Positions 8,667-18,803 of a DNA stretch of 64,000 bases are shown here, piece by piece. This stretch comes from a virus, in UHGV virus genome UHGV-0049167. One strand, 5' to 3'. The position numbers and the translations under genes were made by a program. The notes beneath the pieces were generated by a model. The model worked only from the letters and a program-made list of their open reading frames with translations. It had not been told where the DNA came from and searched no databases. Position 1 is the stretch's first letter; every line of letters begins with the position of its first letter.

Positions 8667-8918
8667 ATGAGCTCCAACGTCCCGGCAGGCGCAGACTTCT
8701 GCCCTTACGCGCCATGGAACATGCCCGAGGCGGAGGAACGCGAGTGCGACGTCACGGTGACATACATCGACGACACAGGCGGAGACGCCACGCGCGGCGT
8801 CACAGTCCGGGCATACGGAGAGGATGACATCCCGCATGCCGTGTGTGACGCGCTCGGAGTCGAGCCGTGCCGGATTCTTGACATCAGGCTTCCTTTCAAC
8901 AGGCGCGTGATGTTTTAA
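8667..8918 (+). CDS. hypothetical protein
   Basis: ATG at 8667 preceded by AAGGAGG at 8654-8660; 83 aa. Confidence 0.35.
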   Translation: MSSNVPAGADFCPYAPWNMPEAEERECDVTVTYIDDTGGDATRGVTVRAYGEDDIPHAVCDALGVEPCRILDIRLPFNRRVMF

Positions 8919-8956
8919 TTAGCACAGAACATACAAACCAACCAGAATACAATTTT

Positions 8957-9838
8957 ATGAACAACACCACAACGTCAACGGGAGCCACAGCCGCTCCCGC
9001 ACAGAAACATTCAAGCATCCAGTCGCTTATGAACAGCCCGGCTGTAATGGCAAAGATAAGCAAGTGTCTCGGAACGGAGAAGAAAGCCGCCGCTTTCGCC
9101 AGCTCGGTAATATCGATAGCGACAGGCAGCGCGCAGCTGCGTGACTGCAATCCCACCACCATATTGGGAGCGGCTATGGTAGCCGCCACCCTCGACCTTC
9201 CGATTGTACCCACGCTCGGCATGGCATATATTGTCCCTTATAAAGGACAGTGTCAGTTCCAGATAGGCTACAAGGGGCTTATAGAGCTTGCCGAGCGCAG
9301 CGGAGTCTTCAGGAACATAATCGACGAGGTCGTATACGAGGGACAGCTTATGAGGAAGAACAAGTTCACCGGAGAATACGTCTTCGACGAGGACGCCAAG
9401 AAGTCCGACACCGTAATCGGCTACATGGCACGCTTCGACCTTACCAACGGCTTCTCAAAGACCATCTACTGGAGCAAGGAAGAGGTGGAGAGGCACGCCA
9501 GAAGATTCTCACAGGCTTACAGCAAGGGATACAGCACCCCATGGTCGACAGACTATGATACAATGGCGAGAAAGACCGTCCTTAAAGCCCTCTTCGCGAA
9601 ATATGCGCCCAAGAGCATATCGTATGCCCTGCAGACGGCAATCACTTTCGACCAGTCAGTCAGCGCTCCCAAACACACCGACAATATTTCCGAGGATGTG
9701 CTCGAGCTGAACTCTTTCGACGTGGTCTATGCTGACAACGACAGCAACGAGGCTGCTGTGGAAGCAAGGCAGGAGGCTGTACAGGAGCAGAAGAAGGCTG
9801 TCAGGGCAAAAACGGATGAAACACCGAAACTGTTATGA
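8957..9838 (+). CDS. recT: RecT-family single-strand annealing recombinase
   Basis: 293 aa; segments LGMAYIVPYKGQCQFQIGYKGLIELAERSG and size fit RecT family as I recall it. Confidence 0.7.
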   Translation: MNNTTTSTGATAAPAQKHSSIQSLMNSPAVMAKISKCLGTEKKAAAFASSVISIATGSAQLRDCNPTTILGAAMVAATLDLPIVPTLGMAYIVPYKGQCQFQIGYKGLIELAERSGVFRNIIDEVVYEGQLMRKNKFTGEYVFDEDAKKSDTVIGYMARFDLTNGFSKTIYWSKEEVERHARRFSQAYSKGYSTPWSTDYDTMARKTVLKALFAKYAPKSISYALQTAITFDQSVSAPKHTDNISEDVLELNSFDVVYADNDSNEAAVEARQEAVQEQKKAVRAKTDETPKLL

Positions 9839-11937
9839 ACAGATACGCCGCATACAGCCGTGAGCAGATAGAAGAGCTGCAATCCCATTACCTCATTGAC
9901 TCGTGGTCGTACTCTAAGGTGGCGACATTCGCGCGCAACGAGAAATCCTTTGAGAAGCAGTACGTCTACTACGACAAGGAGAAGCGCAGCGTCTCGTCCA
10001 TAGCGGGCAACGCCTACCACGAATCATTGAGGCTGTACTTCACAACCTTGAAGCAGGGCGGCACGGAGATTTCCTTGCCCGAGCTGGAGGAGTCAGCCTT
10101 CTCTTACATAGACAATGTTCCGGCGAACGAGTGGAAGCCGTCAAAGACATGTCCCACGGTAGAGGAGTGCCGTATCAAGGCATTCAAGTCCGTATCGTCA
10201 TTGCTGCGCAATTTCTACGGTGAGCGCACGGTCTATACTGATTCCATCGGAGAAGTTCTCGGTGTGGAGCTTTCCTGCCGCGAGTTCCTTACGGTCAACG
10301 GTGTGGATATACCGTTGCCGTGCAATGCGGTAATAGACCTTGTGTTCCGACATAAGGACGGACGTGTGATAATAGTGGACCACAAGACGCGCTCACGCTA
10401 TACGGATGAGGAGGAGGTCGCCTTCACTTGCGGCAAGCAGGCGGTGACTTATCTTCTCGCCTACGAGGCTAAGGAGGGCATTACTGCGGATGAGGTATGG
10501 TTCGTTGAGAACAAGGAAAGCGTGAACAAGAACGGCTCTCCGCAACTCGCAAGACAGGTCATGACTATGGATACGGACAGCCGCCGCCTTTATGAGGCGT
10601 TGCTTTACGAGCCGCTCCGCCGCATGGTGGAGGCAGTGTCCGACCCGGACTATGTGTTTGTTGCCAACGACACGGACAGCCTTTGCGACCGTGGCGCGCT
10701 GTTCAGCTTCTGGGCAAAGACCATGATAGCCGAGGTGTCAGACTTCGACATACCCGAGAATAAGAAAGAACTTATCACAAGACGTCAGCGCAAGATACGC
10801 GACGCGTCCCTTGCCGTGATAAGCCCCAAGACAATAAGCCTTTTCAAGAAAAAGGCGGCATCATTCATACAATATGATTTAACAGATACAGATATGAGCA
10901 ATCCGGAAAAGATAGAGCATGTGCTGCGTACGTTCGGCATACTCACGCAGGTGGCTCACGAGATGCAGGGTCATTCCTCGTGCACCTATCTGCTTGAGGC
11001 GAGCGCGGGAGTGAAAATCAGCCAGATTTCGAAATACAGGCTCGATATAGCCAATGCCCTCAATGTGCCATCAGTGAGAATAGGTGACAACCTCGTGGTT
11101 TACGAGGGCAAGTCATACCTTCCCGTCGAGGCTCCGGTAAAGGGCGGAGGCATCCTGTATTGGGACGTGAAATACCTTGAGGACAAGAACCGCATACCTC
11201 TCGGTGTGGACAATTTCGGAAATGTGATATGTTGGGACATCCACAATCATGCCACACCGCACATGCTTATATGCGGAGCCACAGGCAGCGGAAAATCCGT
11301 AAGTATAATAAGTACTGTCGAATACGCCCTTGAGGCAGGCATTAATGACATAACGATATTCGACCCGAAATACGAGTTCTGCGGTTACGCCTCGCGTCCC
11401 GGAGTCAAGGTCTACAATGAGATAGAGGACATAGAGGAGCAGATGCGGCTATGCGTCGAAGACATGCAGAGCCGTGCAAGAACCGGAGTCCATCAGCTTA
11501 AACTGATAGTGTTCGACGAGTTCGCGGATGCGGTGGCGTCGGCAAAGTCAGGTGCGGAGCTTGATATAAAGGAAATGGTCGAGGTCGGACAGCGGAAGGG
11601 TGATTTCGGCATGCTTGTCCCAAAAATGGAACTGAGGACGACAGGAAGGCTCAAATCGCTCGAGGAGAACCTGAAAATGCTGTTGCAGAAGGGACGCTCG
11701 CTCGGCTTCCGCATAATCGCCGCGACGCAGCGTGCGTCCGCCAATGTCATAACAGGTGACGCGAAGGTTAACTTCCCTGTGCTTGTATGCTTCCGCGTGC
11801 CTAAAGAGATAGACTCGAAGGTCGTCCTTGACGAGCCTGGGGCGGAAACCCTTAATGGCAAGGGCGACGGACTGATAAAAAGTCCCGAATACTTCGGACT
11901 CGTACGTTTCCAAGGATTTTATAAACCAAACCCATAA
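9835..11937 (+). CDS. fusion protein: N-terminal PD-(D/E)XK nuclease domain + C-terminal FtsK/SpoIIIE-like P-loop ATPase
   Basis: 700 aa; nuclease-like IDLVFRH...IIVDHKTR; Walker A LICGATGSGKS, Walker B LIVFDEF, FtsK-like IIAATQRASANVITGD; ATGA overlap with recT. Confidence 0.7.
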   Translation: MNRYAAYSREQIEELQSHYLIDSWSYSKVATFARNEKSFEKQYVYYDKEKRSVSSIAGNAYHESLRLYFTTLKQGGTEISLPELEESAFSYIDNVPANEWKPSKTCPTVEECRIKAFKSVSSLLRNFYGERTVYTDSIGEVLGVELSCREFLTVNGVDIPLPCNAVIDLVFRHKDGRVIIVDHKTRSRYTDEEEVAFTCGKQAVTYLLAYEAKEGITADEVWFVENKESVNKNGSPQLARQVMTMDTDSRRLYEALLYEPLRRMVEAVSDPDYVFVANDTDSLCDRGALFSFWAKTMIAEVSDFDIPENKKELITRRQRKIRDASLAVISPKTISLFKKKAASFIQYDLTDTDMSNPEKIEHVLRTFGILTQVAHEMQGHSSCTYLLEASAGVKISQISKYRLDIANALNVPSVRIGDNLVVYEGKSYLPVEAPVKGGGILYWDVKYLEDKNRIPLGVDNFGNVICWDIHNHATPHMLICGATGSGKSVSIISTVEYALEAGINDITIFDPKYEFCGYASRPGVKVYNEIEDIEEQMRLCVEDMQSRARTGVHQLKLIVFDEFADAVASAKSGAELDIKEMVEVGQRKGDFGMLVPKMELRTTGRLKSLEENLKMLLQKGRSLGFRIIAATQRASANVITGDAKVNFPVLVCFRVPKEIDSKVVLDEPGAETLNGKGDGLIKSPEYFGLVRFQGFYKPNP

Positions 11938-11939
11938 GT

Positions 11940-12350
11940 ATGGCAAACACGATAACAGGACGTGTCAGCAAGATAACGTCCGAACAGCAGATAACGGGCA
12001 TGTCGGGCAAGACGTTCACCAAGCGCACGCTTGTCCTCGACGCCTCGCGCTATGACCAGTATACAGGCGAGAAGAAATTCGACAACTATCCGAGTGTAGA
12101 GTTTTCAGGAGAGCTTATGAAAACCCTTGACAGCTTTAAGGAAGGCGATATGGTCGTGGTGTCGTTCGACATCAACGGCAGGGAGGTGAATGACGCGCAG
12201 ACCGGAGATGGCAGGTATTTCAACTCGATACGCGGCTACAGGATAGAGCGTTACGGGAACAGTGAGCGCACACAGGCACAGAGTACAGACAACGACCCGC
12301 AGGATTCCCTGCATGAGCAAGGGGATGCGGAAGGACAATTACCATTTTAA
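11940..12350 (+). CDS. hypothetical protein, possibly ssDNA-binding (DUF3127-like, tentative)
   Basis: 136 aa directly after recombination genes; family assignment from memory only. Confidence 0.5.
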   Translation: MANTITGRVSKITSEQQITGMSGKTFTKRTLVLDASRYDQYTGEKKFDNYPSVEFSGELMKTLDSFKEGDMVVVSFDINGREVNDAQTGDGRYFNSIRGYRIERYGNSERTQAQSTDNDPQDSLHEQGDAEGQLPF

Positions 12351-12363
12351 AATCAACAACATC

Positions 12364-12774
12364 ATGTATTACGAAATTACAGACCGTGTGACCCGCATGA
12401 AAGATGACGGCACGGAAAAAGAGACAAATGAACGCTATATCACGGACTGCCTTACATTCGCGGAGGCTGAGCGGAAAGGGATGGAGATGTATTCCGATTA
12501 CAATCTTGACGGTGACGTTGTGGCTATAAGACGTTCAAATATACGTGAAATCGTCAATGAGAATGAAGAAAAGGAATATTACTTCAGGGCAACAATAGCA
12601 GACATCTCCGTTGACGAGCATGGAAATGAGAAAGAGCTTAAATATTATGTGCTCATCCGTGCCGACGACCTCTCCGAGGCTACTGCCAAGGCAAACGAAT
12701 ACATGCGTCAGGGCTTGCAGGATATGCGTCTTGACGGCATCGTAAAGACAAGAATACTTGAACTCTTAAAATAA
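12364..12774 (+). CDS. hypothetical protein
   Basis: Internal ATG chosen to avoid overlap; 136 aa. Confidence 0.5.
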   Translation: MYYEITDRVTRMKDDGTEKETNERYITDCLTFAEAERKGMEMYSDYNLDGDVVAIRRSNIREIVNENEEKEYYFRATIADISVDEHGNEKELKYYVLIRADDLSEATAKANEYMRQGLQDMRLDGIVKTRILELLK

Positions 12775-12779
12775 CGACT

Positions 12780-13040
12780 ATGACACTGCAAGAAATCACC
12801 GAAACCATAAAGAAATGGCAGGAAGAAACTGGCAGCATATTTATCTTCCTTGCAAAAGATAACACGTCACCTGACGGCAAGAATATGATGTCCGCTTGCG
12901 TAGGTAAAGGCATTGATTTGTCATCCCTTATTGCTGCCGCCATGTCGGAGGACACCGATTTTGAAAGAATCTTCAAAATGGCGTTAACTGGATATGTACT
13001 TTACAACGCAACCAAACATTCATGCGGTTCGACGAACTGA
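12780..13040 (+). CDS. hypothetical protein
   Basis: 86-aa ORF. Confidence 0.45.
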   Translation: MTLQEITETIKKWQEETGSIFIFLAKDNTSPDGKNMMSACVGKGIDLSSLIAAAMSEDTDFERIFKMALTGYVLYNATKHSCGSTN

Positions 13041-13423
13041 AACGCCTATACACCGCGCCACGCACATACCGACCGCAGCATCACCACGAGGACAGCTTGC
13101 AGAAGGCGTGCGTGGCGTGGTTCGACTACACGCACAAGGACATAAGCCTTTACTTGCACCACTCGCCCAACGGCGGCTTCCACAACGCGAGCGAGGCGGC
13201 GAAATTCAAGGCGATGGGCGTGCGTGCCGGTTTCCCTGACCTCGTGCTGCTCGTGCCGAGAGGAAAATGTCCGTTCCTTGCCATAGAATTGAAATACGGC
13301 AGGAACAGACAGTCAGAGCGGCAGAAAGCCTACCAGGAGGCTCTGGAGGCAATCGGAGCGAGGTACGTGGTAGTGAGGACTCTGATAGAGTTCCGTAAAA
13401 CAGTTGAGGACTATTTGGAATGA
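13022..13423 (+). CDS. VRR-NUC domain nuclease
   Basis: Motif GFPDLVLLVPRGKCPFLAIELKYGRN matches VRR-NUC PD-(D/E)XK core. Confidence 0.7.
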   Translation: MRFDELKRLYTAPRTYRPQHHHEDSLQKACVAWFDYTHKDISLYLHHSPNGGFHNASEAAKFKAMGVRAGFPDLVLLVPRGKCPFLAIELKYGRNRQSERQKAYQEALEAIGARYVVVRTLIEFRKTVEDYLE

Positions 13424-14255
13424 CATGATGGACGAAGGATATATAACACTGAGCCGTCGTTTCTTCGCAAGCGAGATATGGAGGACGACCCGGGCTTTTA
13501 ACGAGAGCGAAGCGTGGCTCGACTTGATACAGTCGGCACGATTTGAGCCATCGGCGATAACATCGCGCATCGGGTGCTACGAAGTTACGTGGACGAGGGG
13601 ACAATATCCTGCATCCGTAAAGTTCCTCACAAAGAAATGGGGACGTTCCGAAAGGTGGGTGAAATCGTTTCTCGGAAAACTTCGCCGCGCCAAGATGATA
13701 ACCACTGACGCGGCGCAGGGGACTACCGTCATAACGCTTGTAAATTTTGACAGATATAACCCTATGCCAAGCCTGCCAGAAGAGGGCGGGCGACCTAACC
13801 CTGTGACCCAACTAAGCGAACTGACAGACAGTGGGTTACGTGGAATTGCGTCTAACCCCCTGACCCAACCCCGTCCAACCCCCGACCTACAAAAAAAAGA
13901 AAGATATAATATGCTTGAAGATAATAATGCGCGTATGCGTGTGCGCGAGGAAAGCTACGCCGATGAAGTCATGTCGTCACCCCAATGGATTGAGGACATG
14001 CAAAGGCTCTACAGAATACCTCCCGACATGCTCCGAGCCAAGTGCGACGAGTTCATGCTCGACTGCCGGTGCTATGGGCATACACACACAGACGCCGACG
14101 ACTTCAAGCGGCATTTCAACAACTGGCTGCGCGGCAGGCGTGACAGGGATTTAAAAAAACAGAAAGATGCAGACAATACCAAAGGACATGAAGATAGACG
14201 TCGCGGCTATGAAATCGCGGCTTCTGATGAGAAGGACTACTGCTCCACGTTTTAA
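13404..14255 (+). CDS. phage replication initiation / replisome organiser-like protein
   Basis: 283 aa; directly upstream of DnaC-like loader; contains iteron-like DNA repeats; assignment by context. Confidence 0.5.
   Translation: MRTIWNDMMDEGYITLSRRFFASEIWRTTRAFNESEAWLDLIQSARFEPSAITSRIGCYEVTWTRGQYPASVKFLTKKWGRSERWVKSFLGKLRRAKMITTDAAQGTTVITLVNFDRYNPMPSLPEEGGRPNPVTQLSELTDSGLRGIASNPLTQPRPTPDLQKKERYNMLEDNNARMRVREESYADEVMSSPQWIEDMQRLYRIPPDMLRAKCDEFMLDCRCYGHTHTDADDFKRHFNNWLRGRRDRDLKKQKDADNTKGHEDRRRGYEIAASDEKDYCSTF
13795..13869. repeat. iteron-like direct repeats CTAACC(CTG/CCC)TGACCCAAC x2 (16/18 identical, 57 bp apart) inside replication gene, followed by an A8 tract
   Basis: Repeats at 13795-13812 and 13852-13869 read directly; candidate origin. 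Confidence 0.4.
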
Positions 14256-14817
14256 GCTGGACGTCACCACGCGGCAGGCATATGACCTGATTACGGCGGC
14301 GTATTCAGCCGAAGTGGAGGCACGTAACGGAAAGTTCATCCTTGATGAGCATACAAAAACGCACGTGTGGTATGCGGCTAAGGCTCTGACCACGACGGAC
14401 AAGTTCGGCATAGCCTTCTGCGGCGAGGTGGGCAACGGCAAGACGACGCTAATGTCGGCAATATGCAACCTCACGTCATACCTCATGGGCAATGAGGACA
14501 GACACTTCAGGAAAATCAAGGCGACAGATATTGCGACGGTTTATGCAAACCGCAGTGATTTCAAGATTCTGTGCAACGATGAGTTCCTTGCCATTGATGA
14601 CATCGGCTGCGAACCGGCGGAAGTTATGTCGTACGGAAACATACTCACACCAACGGTGGAATTGCTTATGGCACGCTACGACATGCAGCTGTACACGATG
14701 TTCACCACCAACATCATGCCGAAGAAGATAAAGGACCGTTACGGAGAACGGATAGCGGACAGGCTGCGTGAGATGATGTATATTATACCGTTTACAAATC
14801 AGACGTACCGCCTATGA
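14167..14817 (+). CDS. DnaC/IstB-like AAA+ helicase loader
   Basis: Walker A FCGEVGNGKTTLMSAI; Walker B-like FLAIDDIG; start uncertain (89-nt overlap with upstream gene if 14167). Confidence 0.7.
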   Translation: MQTIPKDMKIDVAAMKSRLLMRRTTAPRFKLDVTTRQAYDLITAAYSAEVEARNGKFILDEHTKTHVWYAAKALTTTDKFGIAFCGEVGNGKTTLMSAICNLTSYLMGNEDRHFRKIKATDIATVYANRSDFKILCNDEFLAIDDIGCEPAEVMSYGNILTPTVELLMARYDMQLYTMFTTNIMPKKIKDRYGERIADRLREMMYIIPFTNQTYRL

Positions 14818-15044
14818 AGGAAAGTGAAATACGGAAGCTCCGTTCTTTCATGACACATGCGGAGAGTGTCTTTTCCGCATTGTCGAAATACAATACGTGT
14901 GACCTTGTCTCCATATTGGGACTACGTGCCTATAATGCATGGCGTATAGCACGCTACAAGGAACTGCCGCAAGTGCGCGGATATCTCAAAAAGAAACAAG
15001 AACATGAAAGTCTTAACACAAAACCTATTGAAGACGATGATTAA
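14814..15044 (+). CDS. hypothetical protein
   Basis: 76-aa ORF, ATGA overlap with previous gene. Confidence 0.4.
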   Translation: MKESEIRKLRSFMTHAESVFSALSKYNTCDLVSILGLRAYNAWRIARYKELPQVRGYLKKKQEHESLNTKPIEDDD

Positions 15045-15118
15045 TACACATGCTTCATTATTCAGCGGCATCGGCGGAGCCGAGATAGCCGCAGACAAAC
15101 GTATCAAACAAAATTTGT

Positions 15119-15631
15119 ATGGAAGAGATTTGGAAAGAAATTCCAGGTTACGAAGGACTTTATCAAGTCAGCAATCTTGGAAATGTACAAAGAATAAACG
15201 CATCCAATAGGCCATATCTTAATGGGCTTTTAAAACAATGGACAACGAAGGATGGTTATAAAATGGTTTCATTAAGAAATGCAAAAGGGAAACGGAAAGG
15301 TTTTCTTGTGCATCGGCTTGTGGCTATTTCTTTTGTCAATGGATATAATATTGATTTACAAGTTAATCATAAAAATGAAATAAAATCAGATAATCGCGCG
15401 GATAATTTAGAATGGGTTACTTGCATGGAAAATCTAAATTATGGCACACGAATACCCCGTGTAGCATTGTCATTAGGCAAGCCTGTTGTTTCTGTTAAAA
15501 ATTTGATTTTTGAAAAATATCCAAGCATTAAAGAAGCATCGAGAGTAACAGGCGTGTCGTCTGCTAATATACTTGCTGTACTGAAAGGCAAACGCAAACA
15601 CGCAGGCGGATATGTTTGGTATTACTTGTAG
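15119..15631 (+). CDS. HNH homing endonuclease with NUMOD4-like N-terminus
   Basis: WKEIPGYEGLYQVSNLGNV (NUMOD4-like); HRLVAISF...VNHKNEIKSDNRADNLEW (HNH-like). Confidence 0.75.
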   Translation: MEEIWKEIPGYEGLYQVSNLGNVQRINASNRPYLNGLLKQWTTKDGYKMVSLRNAKGKRKGFLVHRLVAISFVNGYNIDLQVNHKNEIKSDNRADNLEWVTCMENLNYGTRIPRVALSLGKPVVSVKNLIFEKYPSIKEASRVTGVSSANILAVLKGKRKHAGGYVWYYL

Positions 15632-15703
15632 CATATAGCCAGCTGTGGCATACGAGATATTCCGCGCGATAGCGCAAGTAGAAAACGAAAACCAGGAATC
15701 AAT

Positions 15704-15886
15704 ATGAAAATCACAATTTATTGGGCAACGGAGAACGCCCGCATAATAGACAATATCCGGCAGCGGTTCGGCATCGTAGAAGGCATGACGGTAAACGGAG
15801 AGAATATCGTCACCGTTACGGATGACGGACTTGCCGAACTGAGAAAATACGAAGCCGACGGCTTCATACAGTTGCGTAACAAATGA
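15704..15886 (+). CDS. hypothetical small protein
   Basis: 60-aa ORF. Confidence 0.35.
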   Translation: MKITIYWATENARIIDNIRQRFGIVEGMTVNGENIVTVTDDGLAELRKYEADGFIQLRNK

Positions 15887-15898
15887 AAATTCAAAACT

Positions 15899-16534
15899 AT
15901 GAAAAAAGAGACAGAAACGATTCATGGCTATAAAGGTTTTGACAAAGACCTGAAGTGCCGCGGCTTCCAGTACGAAACCGGCAAGGAGTATTCAACAGAT
16001 AAGGCTGTCGCCTGTAATACCGGCTTCCACTATTGTGAGAATCCGATGGATGTGCTAGGATTTTATCCACCGTGCGATGGTTCAGGAAACCCCAACAGAT
16101 TCTGTGAGGTGGAAGGCTCCGGTGATTTTGACAAGTCAAAAAGCGACAAACTCTGCTGTACGCATTTGAAAGTCAAGGCAGAGATAGGTCTGAACGGTCT
16201 TATAAAAGCAGGTGTGCAATTCATATTAAGCCGTGTAAAATGGAAAGACGACAAGGATACCAACACGGGCGACAGGTCAGCCGCCACCAACACGGGGAAC
16301 ATGTCAGCCGCAAGTGTTGATGGTAAGGATTCTGTTGCCATAGTGACAGGCAAGGACAGCAAGGCGAAAGGTGCTCTCGGCTGCTGGATAGTCCTTACGG
16401 AACGTGACAGTTGGAACGGTAAAACGTACCCTATAAAGGAGGTCAAGGCGTTCAAGGTAGACGGAGAGACAATAAAGTCCAACACTTGGTATAAGTTAGT
16501 CGACGGTGAGCCTATAGAAGTGAAGGAGGACTGA
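15899..16534 (+). CDS. hypothetical protein (Cys- and Gly-rich)
   Basis: 211-aa ORF. Confidence 0.5.
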   Translation: MKKETETIHGYKGFDKDLKCRGFQYETGKEYSTDKAVACNTGFHYCENPMDVLGFYPPCDGSGNPNRFCEVEGSGDFDKSKSDKLCCTHLKVKAEIGLNGLIKAGVQFILSRVKWKDDKDTNTGDRSAATNTGNMSAASVDGKDSVAIVTGKDSKAKGALGCWIVLTERDSWNGKTYPIKEVKAFKVDGETIKSNTWYKLVDGEPIEVKED

Positions 16535-16698
16535 TTGGCATGACACATACAGTACACTCATCGTCTTCCTTGTGGCTCGTTAAGCTGGCGGCATCGTTCG
16601 ACTTCTGCGACAGGGATGAGAAGCAGATGGTCTACCGAGTCCTTATATCCGCGTGGAAGTGGGGTAGGGATAGTTAGTTAATGTAAATTAAAAGAATA

Positions 16699-17265
16699 GT
16701 GAAAATGAAAAAGACATACAGGATTACGCTGCCGAAAGGCGCGAGAGTGGGAACAATTGACGCTAAAGTTGACAACGGTACACTCAATGTCACCGTTGGA
16801 CTGAGAAAGGGATACATACCGATAGACGGTGAAATAGTTGTTAACGGCATGGATACAATCGCCATCTATGCCGGGACTAATAAGACTGGAGGCATTATGA
16901 CTTACGCAGCACTTCACGGGCAACGTCTTCAAACGGTTGTCAGCGAGGAAGGTTGGGGATATACCTACGATTACCACCCCGCCACCGATGCCGAGAAGCG
17001 ACGCCTTTTCGACGCGCTCGCCAAACAGGGCAAGCGGTGGAACGCCGAGAAGAAGTGCATTGAAGACTTGCCGAGGTGGAGGGCGGTTTGTAGTGGCCTG
17101 TATTACATAGTTGATACGGATTTTTTTATCCGTGAAATGAAGGAAAAAGGCGAAAGAACAGACTGCGCATTATATAATGCTGGCAACTACTTCCGCACCC
17201 GTGAGGCAGCCGAAAAGGTAGCCTCGCAGATACGTGACATATTCAAGAACTCAAAGGCTGAATAG
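16699..17265 (+). CDS. hypothetical protein
   Basis: 188-aa ORF. Confidence 0.45.
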   Translation: MKMKKTYRITLPKGARVGTIDAKVDNGTLNVTVGLRKGYIPIDGEIVVNGMDTIAIYAGTNKTGGIMTYAALHGQRLQTVVSEEGWGYTYDYHPATDAEKRRLFDALAKQGKRWNAEKKCIEDLPRWRAVCSGLYYIVDTDFFIREMKEKGERTDCALYNAGNYFRTREAAEKVASQIRDIFKNSKAE

Positions 17266-17267
17266 GT

Positions 17268-18119
17268 ATGGAACGGGAAATAGGAGAGATATTCGAGTAC
17301 CGTGGCGAGTGGTATCAATGCATCGGGGCTCAAAAAAACGAAACAGGTAATTTGTGCAAACACTGTGATATGCGCTGTTCTCTTATAAGAAAATTCAAGG
17401 CATCTGAATGTCGTGCGGATTATCGTTCTGACTGTAGATACGTCATCTTCAAGAAGCTTGAGCATGTAGGCGACCCTTACCCGTTATACGACCACATCGT
17501 GCAGCGTTACGCAGGAGTGAAATTCCCCGTTGTCCTGACCGGAAAGCGGTTCATCAACTGCAACGCGTTCAACAACACCGTTGACATCGAAGTTGAACAA
17601 GACAAAACAAACAAAGAAGATATGGAAACAAACGAAAAGACAATTACAGTCCCTGAAGGCTGGGAGTTCGACCACCTGGACGAACGAGGCAACATCGTGC
17701 TGAAAGAGAAGAAGAAAGAGCTGCCCAAGACGTGGCTGAAATGCCTGTGTAGCATCAATGACGTGGAATTGATAGAAGAAGATAGCGAAGTTTATAAATG
17801 CCTTATAAGTGAATTGTCCGATGACGGGCGACTGTTTGGCGATAGCGACAGAAACATGTTGCCGCAAGGTCTCGGCAAGTCCATGCTCGCCCTCTGCCAG
17901 CTTCTCGTCTGCCGCAACGCCTGGTGGAAGCAATTGGGGTGGAAGCCTTATTGGACGGATGATAAAATGAAATATTGCATTAGTTACAAAGCAAATAAGA
18001 AAGAAAAGAACTCTTATTGGACGGTGAGCCGGATATTGGCTTTCCCCACCCCCGAAGTCCGCGACCAGTTCTTAGACACATTTGGTGACCTGATTGAAGA
18101 AGCAAAGGATCTGCTATGA
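17268..18119 (+). CDS. hypothetical protein
   Basis: 283-aa ORF. Confidence 0.45.
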   Translation: MEREIGEIFEYRGEWYQCIGAQKNETGNLCKHCDMRCSLIRKFKASECRADYRSDCRYVIFKKLEHVGDPYPLYDHIVQRYAGVKFPVVLTGKRFINCNAFNNTVDIEVEQDKTNKEDMETNEKTITVPEGWEFDHLDERGNIVLKEKKKELPKTWLKCLCSINDVELIEEDSEVYKCLISELSDDGRLFGDSDRNMLPQGLGKSMLALCQLLVCRNAWWKQLGWKPYWTDDKMKYCISYKANKKEKNSYWTVSRILAFPTPEVRDQFLDTFGDLIEEAKDLL

Positions 18120-18322
18120 GTGATTTATTTAGCAATGCTGACACCATTCAGCCGCAAGAATCAACCTTAGAAACGTGCCGCACTTGTATTCACCGCCAGC
18201 GGTGGGAGTGTGGTAGCAAGGTAATATCCTACTGCCGTGTGCGTAAGAGTAACCGCACTTTCAATGGATTACAGAAAGTGAAGTGCAACCAACAGGCGTG
18301 TAGCCAATATGTAAAGATATGA
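18116..18322 (+). CDS. small Cys-rich protein
   Basis: 68 aa; CRTCIHRQRWEC...C. Confidence 0.4.
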   Translation: MSDLFSNADTIQPQESTLETCRTCIHRQRWECGSKVISYCRVRKSNRTFNGLQKVKCNQQACSQYVKI

Positions 18323-18600
18323 AAAGAAGTGAATATAAAGTGGGTGAGTTCCTATATGGAATTCCAACAAGTGAAGAATCTGCGAAATACCACCCCGAAA
18401 ATCAAAGGGTATTCATCCATAACGGATATGTAGATGGTGACGGATACGGCATTTTGATTGGATGGAATGACGGTATAATCAAGAAAAGTACGGGATGGGG
18501 AAACTTCTGTTGGGGTGCGAATGTAAGGAAAGCCACAGATGAAGAAAAGGAGTCTTTTATGAAAGCTTTAATGAATCAAGATGTAATAAGATATTACTGA
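18319..18600 (+). CDS. hypothetical protein
   Basis: 93-aa ORF, ATGA overlap. Confidence 0.4.
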   Translation: MKRSEYKVGEFLYGIPTSEESAKYHPENQRVFIHNGYVDGDGYGILIGWNDGIIKKSTGWGNFCWGANVRKATDEEKESFMKALMNQDVIRYY

Positions 18601-18602
18601 TT

Positions 18603-18803
18603 ATGAAACAGAAAGTGACGATGTACCAAGCCGTGTGCGACGGGTGCGGAAGTAAGCATGGCTATGAATTTAGTGAAGGTATGGCAAGGTATATGGCGAA
18701 GATGTGCGATTGGGAAGAAATCGACGGCAAACTCTACTGCCCCGACTGCGTGGAGTGGGACGAAGAAACCGATAGTTACAAACCTAAAAAGGAGAAATTA
18801 TGA
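18603..18803 (+). CDS. small zinc-ribbon-like protein
   Basis: 66 aa; CDGCG...CPDC. Confidence 0.45.
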   Translation: MKQKVTMYQAVCDGCGSKHGYEFSEGMARYMAKMCDWEEIDGKLYCPDCVEWDEETDSYKPKKEKL

